In this document: positions 11,390 to 23,336 of the stretch, one piece after another
Layout of the letters: each line of letters opens with the position of its first letter
Numbering within the stretch: the stretch's first letter is position 1
NCBI RefSeq assembly: GCF_016433145.1
Contig: NC_058131.1
Coordinates: forward strand, 401,769,938 to 401,833,937
Origin: Gracilinanus agilis
Lineage: Eukaryota
Length of the DNA stretch: 64,000 nucleotides
Direction of reading: 5' to 3'
Position numbers and translations under genes: made by a program
Notes under the pieces: generated by a model
What the model was told of the DNA's origin: nothing
Database searches by the model: none
The model's input: the letters and a program-made list of their open reading frames with translations, nothing else

Positions 11390-13807
11390 CTGAGAAGAAG
11401 TGTCCAAATCAGATGTGACCTTGAGTTCTCCATTACTATTGTTTAGGACCCAAGAGTCCTCATTAAAGAGGAGATTCTGGGGAGGTGTCATTCCTTCAGC
11501 AAATTTGAGGAAATTATATTCCATCTTTCCTGCTTCTGAGGCCACAGACAGATTGTAAGAATATGGCAAAGTCCCCTCATTGTAGTTTGGGGGGACAACA
11601 GGCTTAGCCTTAGAGCAAACATCTACATGGACACAGCTCAACATGTTGGGATTACAAGATCTCCGGAGATGCAGAGTGACTGTAAGTGTTATTGTGATGA
11701 GGAAGAGCACAGAAATGAGGGATAAAGCTATTACTAGGTAAAATTGTAGCTCAGACTTGGGGTTCAGGAGATCTGAGTGCTCCTCCCTCATCTTGGGTAG
11801 CGCCTCCTGCAGGTTGTCTGCGAAGACCAAGTGCAAAGCTACAGTGGCCGAGAGTGGAGGCTGCCCACCATCCTGCACGGAGACCAGCAGGCGGTGCCTA
11901 GTTGCCTCTTTATCAGACAAAGCTCTGATGGTCCTGACCTCGCCTGTGCGCAGCCCCACACTAAAGAGCCCGGGATCCGTAGCCTGCAGCATCCGATAGG
12001 CCAGCCACGCATTGTGTCCTGAGTCTGCATCCACAGCCACCACCTTGGTGACCAGGTAGCCAGGCTCTGCCAGTCTAGGGACCGTATCAAAAAGGGCAGA
12101 ACTGTCAGACGCCAGGGCAGGGTATAGGACGTTTGGGGCATTGTCATTGCAGTCGACGATGAATACGCGCAGGCTAACGTTAGTTCTCAGAGCAGGAGAT
12201 CCAGAATCTTGGGCCTGCAACGTCAGTTCGAAAGTCTTGACCTGCTCGTAGTCGAAGGAATGCCGTGCGAAGATGTCCCCACTATGTCCATTGACAGACA
12301 CGTAGGAGAGCAGCGGGAGCGAGGCCAAGTCACTGCTCAGTATAGAGTAGGACACTCTGCCATTCTGTTCAAGGTCAGGGTCCTCTGCCAAGACCTTGGC
12401 GATGGAAGAACCAGAAGGGTTATTTTCAGAAACATAAGCGACATAGGAAGGCCGGAGAAAAACTGGGGCATTGTCATTAATGTCTGCAATGTGCAAGACA
12501 AATATTTTGCTGGTGAACAGAGGTGGGTTTCCCTTGTCTACAGCTACCACAGTGATATTATACTTCGGAGTCTGCTCACGGTCAAGAGGCCCATCTGTCA
12601 GCAATTTGTGGTAATTCCTAGAAGAGGACTCTAACTTGAAAGGAATATTTTCTTGGATATGACAAGAGACCTGGCCATTTTCCTTCGAATCTCGGTCATG
12701 TGTTTTAATGAGTGCGATAACAGTTCCTGGCAAGGAGTCTTCCGGAATTTGATCAGAGAGTGAGACAAAATTCACCTCTGGGGCATTGTCATTTTCATCG
12801 AGAATTTCAATTTGAATGTTACAATGTGCTGTGTGACTTCCGTCCTTTGCTTCGACATCCATCATATATCTATTTGTTTCTTCAAAGTCCAATATATCTT
12901 CAGTTATAATTTCTCCACTATTGGGATGGAGGTAGAACAATTGTCTACTATTATCCTCATTGCGGAAAGAGAAGGTAATCTCTGCATTGATCCCCTCATC
13001 TTTGTCGGTGGCGGTCACACGCAGTACTGAGGAGCCCGGGGGCAAGTTCTCTCGAAGACTGACCCTGTAAGTATCTTGGCTAAAAACTGGGGCATTATCG
13101 TTGGCGTCGGTGACATTGATCCTGATTTGGGCCGAGCCGCTTTGGGCCGGTTCTCCGCCATCGATAGCCATCAGGACCAAATTGTGAGAACTCTGAATTT
13201 CTCGGTCCAGAAATCTTTCCAAAAGCAATTGCGGGTATTTACTACCATCTAGTCTTTCCTTCACTGACAGAGAGAAATGGGGGTCGGGATTGATCTGATA
13301 TGTTTTAAGAGAGTTCATGCCCACGTCTGAATCGCGTGCTGAAGAAAGAGCAAATTTCGCTCCTGGAAGTGTCAGTTCACTTATTTCTAGGGAAATATAG
13401 TTTGTAAGGAATTGCGGCGGGTTGTCATTAATATCCTGAATCGTCACAATTATAAAGAAGACATTCATTGGATTTTCAGCTACTGTTTCGAACTCCAGGG
13501 CACATTCGGACCTGCTCCCGCATATTTCCTCTCGATCTATTCTGCCTCTTACTAGTAATTCTCCGCTCTCTGAGCTCACAGCAAAGTATTCATTCTCTGC
13601 ACTAATCCGCAGTTTCCGAATAGACAAATCCCGGGTATCGAGCCCCAGATCTTTGGCGAGGTTCCCCACCACCGACCCTTTCTCCATTTCCTCTGGAATG
13701 GAGTAGCGGATCTGCTCAGAAAGCGCGAAATTGAACAAAGACGCCAAGAAAAGAAACAATACCTGCGGCCTCAGTGCCCAGCCCTTCTGCTCTGCACTTC
13801 TTTCCAT
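11390..13807 (-). CDS. PCDHGB: Protocadherin gamma-B type variable exon, intact
   Basis: ORF 11222..13807 MERSAEQKG...[26 protein letters not shown], six EC repeats, TM and EGTLPYSYNL. Phase-0 donor CAG/GTAAGT ends the exon at 11390 (2418 nt, 806 codons). Confidence 0.95.
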
Positions 13808-14044
13808 CTTTCGGATTCTCCTGCTTCTAAATTCCCCAGAGCCTGTGTTTCAGATCACTTCCAGGTCACTAGATACCGTACTCTTCTGGATCCTTATGAA
13901 TCTGAGAATTTCAAAGGAATCCTTGGGAATCCGTGTTCTGGAAATGAATACTTACGAGTTCGCTTGCGAGCGCGCTAAGATCGAAGACGATTATCCTTCA
14001 GCCTTTTGTAGAGAGCACTAGTCTAGCGCGGACACACCATAAGT

Positions 14045-14066
14045 AGACAGCGACATCCAGAGGCTC
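14045..14066 (-). promoter_or_regulatory. Pcdh promoter CSE (gamma-B variant)
   Basis: agacagcgacatccagaggc keeps the CAGCG core and ccaga, about 240 bp upstream of ATG 13807. Confidence 0.75.
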
Positions 14067-16145
14067 TTATGGAAAACTGCATCCATCATATAACACAAAA
14101 CGTTGATTCCACCTCCACCCCAAGCATGAATCCTTGGATCAATTCAGATTTCTATTCTTTCTGATAATAATGTTTCACTTGATTTAAAATGTACAAATCT
14201 TAACTGTGGAATTTACCACATAGTTTGAGCAAACTTCAGGGCAACTCATCTCTGCAGTTTTGTTGTTGTTAATGCAATTTCAGTTTCATTTTATACTTCT
14301 CTAAAACTTCAAAGTAAAATTTCTTCTTAAGTTTATCTAAAAAAAATAAAACTATTCACTCAGTGGTGTTGGGGCAAAGTTGTCTAAAGTAGTATCTGGG
14401 TTTCTGCAAAATTCCTATCATCCAAGCTAATTCACTTGCTTTCTATTATCAAAAGATAACACTAGGCAAAATGCAAATGATTTAATTTTCTATTCAGAAA
14501 AATTGATCCATCATATTTATACTCTGATGCACTCATGATCTGATTGATTTTGGACTCATTTCAACAGTTCAGATGACAATCTAGTCTTAGTTTTTCATTT
14601 TATGTTATTCATGCCCATATTCTTCTAGAAACACTATAGCGTAACTATGCAATGGACTATATGTTATGCTTTGTGATTTTGAACATTACACTGAAACCAA
14701 TGAAGGACTTGGATCTGTTATCCTTTGTTCTCTATAAATGACCAGCCTATATATATTTTTTTGAACATACAAGGTTTTGGTCGCATATTTTACCCATTTC
14801 CAATTCACAGAAACATGCTGCATCTGAATTTGAAACAGATTCTTATAGGTAAGACTAAATCATTGTCCTAACAAATTTATCAGTGATCTTTCAAATCAAA
14901 TAAAACCAACGGTTTTAAAAAATCCTTAGGGAAAAAAGAAAGAAATGCAACATCTTATGATATAAGCCAAATAAATTTAAGGTAAGAAGGGGAAGAGTCA
15001 CTTAAGAATAGACCATTTTACTTTGCTCTTGATGACTATTGTATGGAAAGCTTCTTTGCATTTTCTTATATAAAATAAGTACTAAATGTCACAAATACTT
15101 TGCCTATAGGAATGGAAAAAAAGTCTGGATTGTCCTCTTTCAATTGGACATATATTGAAGGAATAAAGAATCCTTAACTTTGTCGGGATCTCAATTATTC
15201 CCTTAAATTGGTCTGTTTAGTAAAAAAAACAAAAATCTATTTTTACTAGGTAAATTAAGAAGTCAATTTTTTTTAACAAGTGAAATTTTGAAAAAGAAGA
15301 CATGAAGCCTAAAGCAGGATTTATGGTCTAAGTATTTAATAATCCAATTAAACAAGTATCATGAATTAGTAAAGTAATATAGAAATACAAAGTGTTAGTA
15401 GATATAAAAACAGCTCAAATGTTTAGAAACTTTGCTTAACATATATGATCTCATTTATTCTTGGCATCCATAGAAATAGAGGACCACATATATTTGACTA
15501 TATACTACATATAAAGTACATATTTCTATGTAGTAGGCATATAACTTATATGCATTATATACTAGAGATCGTACTAGAAAACTATATACTTGCTTAATAA
15601 TTGAGTTTCAGATAACTTCTAGAACTTTGAAAAGAGCACAGAAAAAATTACCCAGAGTGAAGTCAGTGAAATAAGGAAGCTTGCCCTTTACGATCACAGG
15701 AATTCTACTAGTGTTTAACATCAGATTAGTTAGGCATTGTTAATTAAAGCTTTTTATAAAAGTTTTTATGGAGACGAAGGATGCAATCATCAAATGTTGC
15801 TGTTAATATGTCCTCCAACAGCTACCCGGAAAGTCATGAAGAATAGATACCTTATGTGTATTCTAAATGCTTTGGAAAAGACAAAGAGATTTGGATCATT
15901 TGCAAAGCATCAGGAAATTGTAATTTTCTTAGAAAATCATTGCAGGTCAGTATAGCTGCAGAGAAACCCTCAAAGACATGAATGCATGGATTCAATGGCT
16001 ATCTCCAACAAATTAACCATGTGACTCTGGGCAACTCATTTATTCTCTCAGTTCTGAAGGCAACTCTCTAAGAGTATTAAGAGAACTTGCCCCCATTTTC
16101 AATAGAAGAGGTAGTTTCTTCACTAGGAAGTTTCATATACTAGAG

Positions 16146-16348
16146 CAGTGATGGGCAAACTAGGGCAAGGGCTAGATTCTGCCCCCTGAAATATTCTATA
16201 CAGCCCCTACAACATTATTCCTAATCTGACGAATACAATGAGTAGGATACAATACAATGAATCTTCGAAAGAGTTGAATTAGAAACAGACTGACAGATGA
16301 ACATTTCCTTTCCTTTGGCCCCCTCTTTAAAAAATTTGCCCATCACTG
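16146..16348. mobile_element. hAT (Charlie-type) non-autonomous DNA transposon, 203 bp
   Basis: Terminal inverted repeats CAGTGATGGGCAAA / TTTGCCCATCACTG. Perfect 8-bp TSD TACTAGAG at 16138-16145 and 16349-16356. Confidence 0.92.
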
Positions 16349-16510
16349 TACTAGAGTGATCAGTTGTCCAGTCCCTATATTTTCAACTTATATTACTCTA
16401 AGAGTGTGAAGTGTTATCTGTATTCAGAAAAAGGACAATTGTTCTTATATGTTAAAGAGCAATGAAATAAAATGTAAAGATTAAAAAATAATCTTATAGG
16501 AAGAACCCAC

Positions 16511-16632
16511 CTGAAAAGAAGCCAACTGATCCTTATTTATACCAAGACATTCTGATAGTACTGGAGGTTCTTTTGGTTCACAACTCTGCTGACTTATCAA
16601 GGTGTCTGCATAGTTGGGCTGAGGAAAGATCA
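16511..16632 (-). CDS. PCDHGA: 3' end of a gamma-A variable exon (variable cytoplasmic region) left of the gap
   Basis: Reads IFPQPNYADTLISQQSCEPKEPPVLSECLGINKDQLASFQ, then donor CAG/GTGGGT at 16511. Confidence 0.85.
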
Positions 16633-16633
16633 N
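16633..16633. other. Single-N assembly gap inside gamma-A exon sequence
   Basis: n at 16633 joins the start of EC4 (NAPEVTITSV) directly to the cytoplasmic IFPQPNY segment. Confidence 0.85.
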
Positions 16634-17688
16634 ACAGAGGTGATAGTTACTTCTGGGGCATTGTCGTTCATGTCTACAACTGTGACATGAATTTTAGTTC
16701 TATTCTTAAAGCCAAGGCCGTCTTTAGCTTCTGCTTCCATCATATAGAATTTCGCATCTTCATAGTCCAGATTTTTTAAGGTTGTTAATTCTCCAGTCAC
16801 AGAATTCAATTCGAATATTTGTGAGGTCTTCCCAGGTATTTTCATTAGAAAATATCTCACTTGAGAATTGATTCCTTCATCTGCATCCGTAGCATTTACT
16901 GTGAGCAGTGCTGTCCCCTGGGGCACATTTTCAGGAACACTGACCGAATACACAGACTGGGTAAACACTGGTGCATTGTCATTTACATCCACAACAGTCA
17001 CTTGGATTCGAGCAGTGCCAGAGCGGATGGGTTCTCCCCCATCCAAAGCTGTGAGCGTCAGATAGTGAATAGCCTCCTCCTCCCGGTCCAGAGCCTGTTC
17101 TAGTATCAGCTCCGGATACTTCAACCCGTCGTCTCCACTTAGCACTCTCAGAGAGAAATGAGGATTGGGACTCAGTTCGTAGCCCTGGAGGGAATTCACT
17201 CCCACATCCGGATCATAAGCACTTTCCAGGCGATGCTGGCTTCCCGGGGGCGTGATTTCACTGATTTTTAATTCTTGATCCTCAGCTAAAAATCGAGGGG
17301 CGTTATCATTAATGTCGGTTATTTCTACCTCCACTGAATAAATTTTCAATTTATCCTCAATCAGAACATTAAAATTTAGCAGGCACTCGGTGCTCTGTGC
17401 GCATAGTTCTTCCCTGTCTATTCTGTCCCTGACGATTAAGCTTCCAGTTCTGATATTTATAGCGAAATTCTGCTTCTTACCTCTGGAGACAATTCGAGCC
17501 CCTCGCTCCGACAGTTCCCTTGGCTCCAGCCCCAAATCCTTGGCTATGTCACCTAAAAAGGATCCTTTTTCCAACTCCTCGGGAACCGAGTAGCGGATCT
17601 GGGCAACCGTGGTCTCCCATAGCTTTCCCAAGAGAAAACAAAACAGGACTCTCTGGATGCAGCCTCTATGTATTTGCGCAACGATCAT
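16634..17688 (-). CDS. PCDHGA: Protocadherin gamma-A type variable exon, 5' part (signal peptide, EC1-EC3), truncated by gap
   Basis: ORF 16630..17688 MIVAQIHRGCIQRVLFCFLLG..., three open EC repeats. The apparent TGA arises only across the N. Confidence 0.9.
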
Positions 17689-17898
17689 TGTCCTTATTCT
17701 GCAGCTGTATCTGGGTTAATTCTTGGATCCTTTGACTGGTAGTAGATTTGATCTGTAGACAGTTTCCAGAATTGAAGTCCGGAATATTCAAGGTGAGAGT
17801 ACTGAATTTCTGTGTATCCTGAATCTTGTGAGTCTGATTTTCCCGAGCCTTGGGCACTAGGTCTGGGGAGGAACAGATTGACTCTAAATTTCTCTTCT

Positions 17899-17941
17899 TG
17901 GTTGGTGAACAGCGGCGCCCAGAGTCTGAATCAATTACTGC
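17899..17941 (-). promoter_or_regulatory. Pcdh promoter CSE
   Basis: ggttggtgaacagcggcgcccagagtctgaatcaattactg, about 220 bp upstream of ATG 17688. Confidence 0.88.
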
Positions 17942-19138
17942 ACTCTTTTGAAACACTGATGGTATATAGACTGGTATTCTGCTTGAGAGGTCATTTTAAG
18001 GAAAACTATTCTATTCTTGGATTTGGAGGAATCTTAAAAAGGCCATATATTTCCACAAGAACAACAATCTATTTACCTTTCGGTCAATCCTTATAAAATT
18101 TTTGTATTAACGTTTGTGCCCTTTACCTTCTCTATCTATTAAGTTACCTAACTTTAAACTCACTCTTGAGTACTATAGAAAATATTTTGCGTACCTTTGC
18201 TAGTAAGTCCCTTTGCAATTAATTATCTCTCATGCCATAATAAAGACAACATTTCCACACTTTTAATATTAATGTAAGTTTGCCTATCATTTATATTTTC
18301 ATCTGTAACTACATCTTTATGTCTACTTAAATCCATATATGTATATCTTTATATTTTTTCCATCATTTCTTTCTATGCTTCATGAAATGCTTTGTTATGG
18401 AATTAGCTTGAACACATCTTCAAATATGAATAAAAATTTCCAGTCCATTTAGTCATTAACTTGAAGTTCAAAATAGCACAATTGAATCTCTTCAGTATCT
18501 TATCTTTTGTTTCCCCAAAGAGAATAGTACAAAGGCATGGCCCCATGTTAAATTGGTAAATTGTTGCAATCTACCAGAATAGGCATGGCAAATGTGTCTG
18601 AGAAATTCTAGGACCTTTCTGGTAAAATGGAAAGATGGATCTGGTATCAGAGAACCTAGTTTTGATAGCGAGAGCTTCTACTTGCAATATATGTGTCCTT
18701 ATGCAAGTTTCTTAACTTCTTATTGTGTCTTGAATCATAAAAAATGAGGGTCTTGGACTATATGAACTTTTATATCCTTTAAATTGTATTTTGATAGTCT
18801 TATACACCTTTGATAAGTTCTTCAGTGTAAAACTGATTAATTGAAAAAATAATGTTTTAGGAATAAGAAAGATCTTCAAGGAAATACTGAGTGTTACAGC
18901 AGAACACTTGTATATGAGAGAATATATATCAGTATTCCAAGTATCCATGTGGTTCAAGGTGTAGGCAACCTCTTCTCTAACCTATTACCCAACCTTTCTA
19001 TCATTTAGCTGGTGGTCTTTGTGGTCAACATTTTGATTACTCTAATGATTAGTATCTCATAATTTCCCTGAGCTCATTTTCCAACCACTGATATATAGAC
19101 TGTAGGAAAGCTCCATTGGAGATCAAAACTAATTACAA

Positions 19139-19333
19139 GGGGGCAGCTGGGTAGCTCAGTGGAGTGAGAGCCAGGCCTAGAGACAGGAGGTCCTAGGTTC
19201 AAACCCGGCCTCAGCCACTTCCCAGCTGTGTGACCCTGGGCAAGTCACTTGACCCCCATTGCCCACCCTTACCCCACCCTTACCAGTCTTCCACCTATGA
19301 GACAATACACTGAAGTACAAGGGTTTAAAAAAA
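19139..19333 (+). mobile_element. Opossum-type tRNA-derived SINE (SINE1_Mdo-like)
   Basis: ggggcagctgggtagctcagtgg...ggttcaaacccgg...aagggtttaaaaaa, with near-perfect TSD aaa(c/g)taattacaa. Confidence 0.9.
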
Positions 19334-19652
19334 AAAGTAATTACAAAACAGCAGTGCATTGACTATTACTTTAAACGATCAGTTCCAGATAAAAGAGATA
19401 GTAAATTTGTCATTGCTTTCAGAAGATAATGTTGATAGTGTTTGAAATGTAGGGATTCTCTATTATTCACTGGTACATCAATTATAAAACAGAAACTTGA
19501 GAAATGCACATCACTTTATTTTATGGTTTAAAAAGTTGCCATTTATAAATCAATAATGTTAATTGGCAAAGCAGGGTGATCTAGTAGATAAAGTTTGTAT
19601 AGCACTCAAGGAAAATTAGATTCAAGTCCTTCTCCTAACAAGTACTCTCTCT

Positions 19653-19868
19653 GGGGCAGCTAAGTAGTATAATGGATAGAGCACATTGCCTGGAGTCAGG
19701 AAGACTTGAGTTCAAAGACACTTACCTGCTTTGTGATCCTGAGCGAGTCATTTAACCCTGTTTGCCTCAGTTTCCTTGTCCATAAAATGATCTGGAGAAG
19801 GAAATGGCAAACTGCTCCAGTATCTTTGTAAGGAAAACCCAAATGAGGTTACCACTGAAACGACTGGA
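19653..19868 (+). mobile_element. MAR1/MIR-like marsupial SINE
   Basis: ggggcagctaagtagtataatggatagagc...cctcagtttcc...ctggagaaggaaatggcaaac...ccagtatctttg. Confidence 0.7.
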
Positions 19869-20713
19869 AAACATGTGACCTCAGGGTCATTTAATATCTT
19901 TGTGCCTCAAGTAAAACTACAAATTCAGGATAAATAATGATCTGCATCAATGGATAAACATCCCTGATTTGGAGTGCACACACGAGAAATCCCAACTCTG
20001 CTTCAATACAATAACAAGAAAAATTTATAATAAATAAAAATAAAATGAGAATAATAAAAAGAGTAACAAAAGAAATAAAGATAATATTGTGAAAGTCCAC
20101 TTCCTAGATTTTTATACTCCCCCTTTCCTGTATTAATCCAAACCTTCTCCAGAGACCAAACTGCAGGAAAATTTTAAGAAAAAAGCAAACACCTCTCTCA
20201 TTTCAACTTTTCTAAATGAAGAAGTGAACATAACTCAGGTCATTTTGTCCTATCATAGCATTAAATTTCTAGATTTTTTATTTGAGGGGTAAATCACAGT
20301 TGGATTTTCATTCATATATTTAGTAAAAATTTTTGCATGTCTGACTATTTCTGTTTGTAGTAATAAACATTCAAATATAATTCTAAATTAGTGTGCTGGG
20401 TATTATACTATTGAGTCAATCCTCTTAGGGAAGTTAGTACAGCTTTTTGAGCAATGTTGCTCAAGCCACTGAAAATCTCTGGGCATCAGTTCACATACCC
20501 CAATAAAAACATGGATAATTAATCTCCAAAGTACTTTCCAATTTTAAATCTTGTGATCTTATTTATTAGAATGTTTCTTAGACTCAGATCCTTATTAGAA
20601 AAAGTGATATTTGTAGGCACAATAACTATAACATTCAAATGACATCTAGTAAGCTTTAGAGACAGTCATTAATTTCAAAATCACTTGTAATTTAATTCCA
20701 CAGAATTGTTTAC

Positions 20714-23055
20714 CTGAAAAAATGTTTGTTTATCTTTAACTTCAAGTAAAGACAGGGGTTGTAATGTTGACTTCTTATAGCTTTGTTGACTTAGAAGAGT
20801 ATCTGCATAGTTGGGCTGGGGAAAAATCAACTGTCTTTCCAGAGTCATTAGTAAGAGAAACTTCATGTGCATATGGAGAAAAGCTTGAACTCCATTGGTG
20901 CCCACAAATTGAAATGCAGGGATGCCCAAGAAATGGGTATCAAATGAACCCAAGAGCTGTGATCTTCTCCATTGATGAAGCCTGAGTGTCAGTAAGACAA
21001 TGATGAAGGTCCAAAAAAGCTCTTGCTACAACCAAATAGAGTGTGATGTTAGCACTTTCTAGAATACCAAGAGCTTCCTGGCTGGTGAGATCTGAGAGGA
21101 TCTCAGGGATGCTGTCAGCCACTGTCACAGTGACACTGATGGCGGCAAAGAGGGGAGGCTCCCCATTATCTGTCACTGCCACAAGGAGATTCTGCTTGAG
21201 GCATCTTTGTCCAGTAATGCCCAGGCAGGCCTAATCTCCTCTGAGTGCAGGCCCACAGAGAAGAGCCCTTTGAGAAGGCTCTGTGGCCTTGAGCAGATGA
21301 TGATAGGACAGTTAGGCATTCTGATCTGAATCTCACTGCCACCACCTTGGTCACCAGATAGCCTGGTTCTGCAGAGCATTGGGCTAGTTCCACTCCACTT
21401 GAACCATCTATGGAGAAGGCAGGATATAGGATCTCTGGAATATTGTCATTCTGATCCAGGATAAACAGAGTCAGGGACACATTGCTGTTGAAAGGAGGGT
21501 CCTCAGAATCCCTTGCTGTCATTCTCAGCTAAAGCTCCAGGGACTATTCATAGTCAAAGGAGCACAGAGCATAGAGTATATCTGTCTCTGAATTAATAGA
21601 GACATAGGAAGAAAGAGATGACCCCTGGAGATTGTCCTCTGAGATGGAGTGGCTTGGGTGTTATCCTCCTGGTGGGAATCCAATGCCATCACTGAATAGA
21701 CTCCTCTAGAATTATTCACTTGAATGTAGGCAGAGTAAGATGACTAACCAAAAGTGAGTGAGTTGTCATTAATGCCACCTATATTCAGTGAAAGATGAGT
21801 ATAAGTTACTATTGATGAAGTCCCTCAGTCTATGACAGTCATGTGAAGTTTGTACAATGAGATCTGTTCTCTGTGCAGGGCCCTATCTGTCTGCAAACTA
21901 ATAATTATCTCTTTTTTTCATTTAAAGGGCAGATTCTCTGGAACTGAACAGGTGATTCTCTGGAACTGAACATTAAAAAAGGAATTAACAGCCCTCGGAA
22001 GAGAGTTTTCTGGTATTGAACTGATGAGAGAAGTGATGGACACTACTGGTTACAACAACACATTGTTATTTATATCCACAACAGTGATCAGGACCTTTTA
22101 TTTGAACATTAAACCAGCTTTCTCTTGTACTTGAATTTCCAAGTTATAAAACTTTCTTCAAAATACAAGACAATTTTCTTTCTTATTTTCCCTCTATGAG
22201 AGTGCAAATGGAAGGTTTGCTTTCCTTTTGATGTTCCTAAAGGAATAGGTCACCTCCCCATTCCTCCCTCATCTGAGTCTTTGGCATTCATCATGAGTAG
22301 CGATGTTCCCACAGGCACATTCTCGGAGACACTAATGCTGTACACAGACTAAGTGAACACTGGTGTGTTGTCACTGAAATCAAGGACAGTCACTCGATTG
22401 TGCCCAATGTCAGGGCGGACCGGATCTCCTTCATCTGAAGCTGTAAGTGTAAGATAGTGAACAGGCTCCTCCTCCCTGTCCAGGGGCATTTCCAGCACCA
22501 GCTCTGGGTACTTGACTTCGTTATTTCCTCTCTGCATATGCAGAAAGAAGTGTTGGTTCGGACTCAGCTGGTAGCTGGGCACTGAATTCACACCCACATC
22601 TTCGTCCTGTGCGGAAGGCAGAGGGTAGAATGGAGTGGGTTTTTTTCGCCATTAATTTTGAAGAGCAGGTGCTCTGACCCAAACGAGGAGCGTTGTCATT
22701 AATGTCTTAGATTTCTGTTTATACAGGGTAACGTTTGAACTTATCCTCAATCAGGCATTAAATTCAGCAGGCACTGGCCGTTCTGAGCGCAAAGCTCCTC
22801 CCTTGCCTATTCTGTGTAGGGTCACTAAAGCTTCACCTTAAGTTCAGAGAGAAATGCTTCTTACCTCTGGAGATGATTCAAGCTTTGAGCTCTGACAGTT
22901 CCTGAGGCTCCAGCCTTTGGCGAAGTCACCCACAAAAGAGCTCTTTTCCATTTCCTCAGGCACCGAGAAGCAGAAATGGCCTCCCACAGAATCGCCAGGA
23001 GAAAGCAAAGCAAGACTGACCCTCGGTAATACCGTCGCCCGTGCCCAGCAGCCAT
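20714..23055 (-). pseudogene. PCDHGA: Protocadherin gamma-A pseudogene (full-length variable exon, multiple frameshifts)
   Basis: Broken ORF pieces cover the signal peptide ([21 protein letters not shown]), EC1, EC2, EC5-6, TM and the IFPQPNYAD tail. First frameshift is at the signal-peptide/EC1 junction. Donor CAG/GTAAAC at 20714. Confidence 0.92.
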
Positions 23056-23295
23056 TTTTGTCTCTCTTCAGAATTATGCTTTCCTTTATTATGAATTTAT
23101 TATGAATTCCTTTGAAATTATGCCTGAATTCAGCTCTTGGATTTCCTCTGTCCTGTCGAGTATCTGCAGTTAAATTTGAGTGTAGAAGCCTCATAAACTG
23201 AATCTTTGTGCGGCTCCAGGTCTGTGTATCTCGACTGAAGGCTCTTTGTGTAACGGAGAGGGGCGGGCAGAATCATTCTCCTAACTTCTCTCCCA

Positions 23296-23336
23296 GATTG
23301 GTTAACAGCGACGCCCAGAGTCCTAAGCAATTACTG
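23296..23336 (-). promoter_or_regulatory. Pcdh promoter CSE, apparently intact, upstream of a pseudogene
   Basis: agattggttaacagcgacgcccagagtcctaagcaattactg, about 250 bp upstream of ATG 23055. Confidence 0.85.

Noticed and set aside
16630-17688. Secreted three-cadherin truncated protein or nonsense pseudogene
   Set aside because: The stop exists only because of the N at 16633, and the exon's normal 3' end and donor lie just beyond it.
1926-17735. Numerous 60-140 aa plus-strand and alternate-frame ORFs inside Pcdh exons
   Set aside because: They are shadow ORFs of GC-richer coding sequence, recurring at homologous positions in paralogues, with no independent gene signals.
19139-19215. tRNA-like A/B boxes (tagctcagtgg, ggttcaaa) as tRNA genes
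   Set aside because: They are heads of tRNA-derived SINEs with SINE bodies, A tails and TSDs; no cloverleaf is present.
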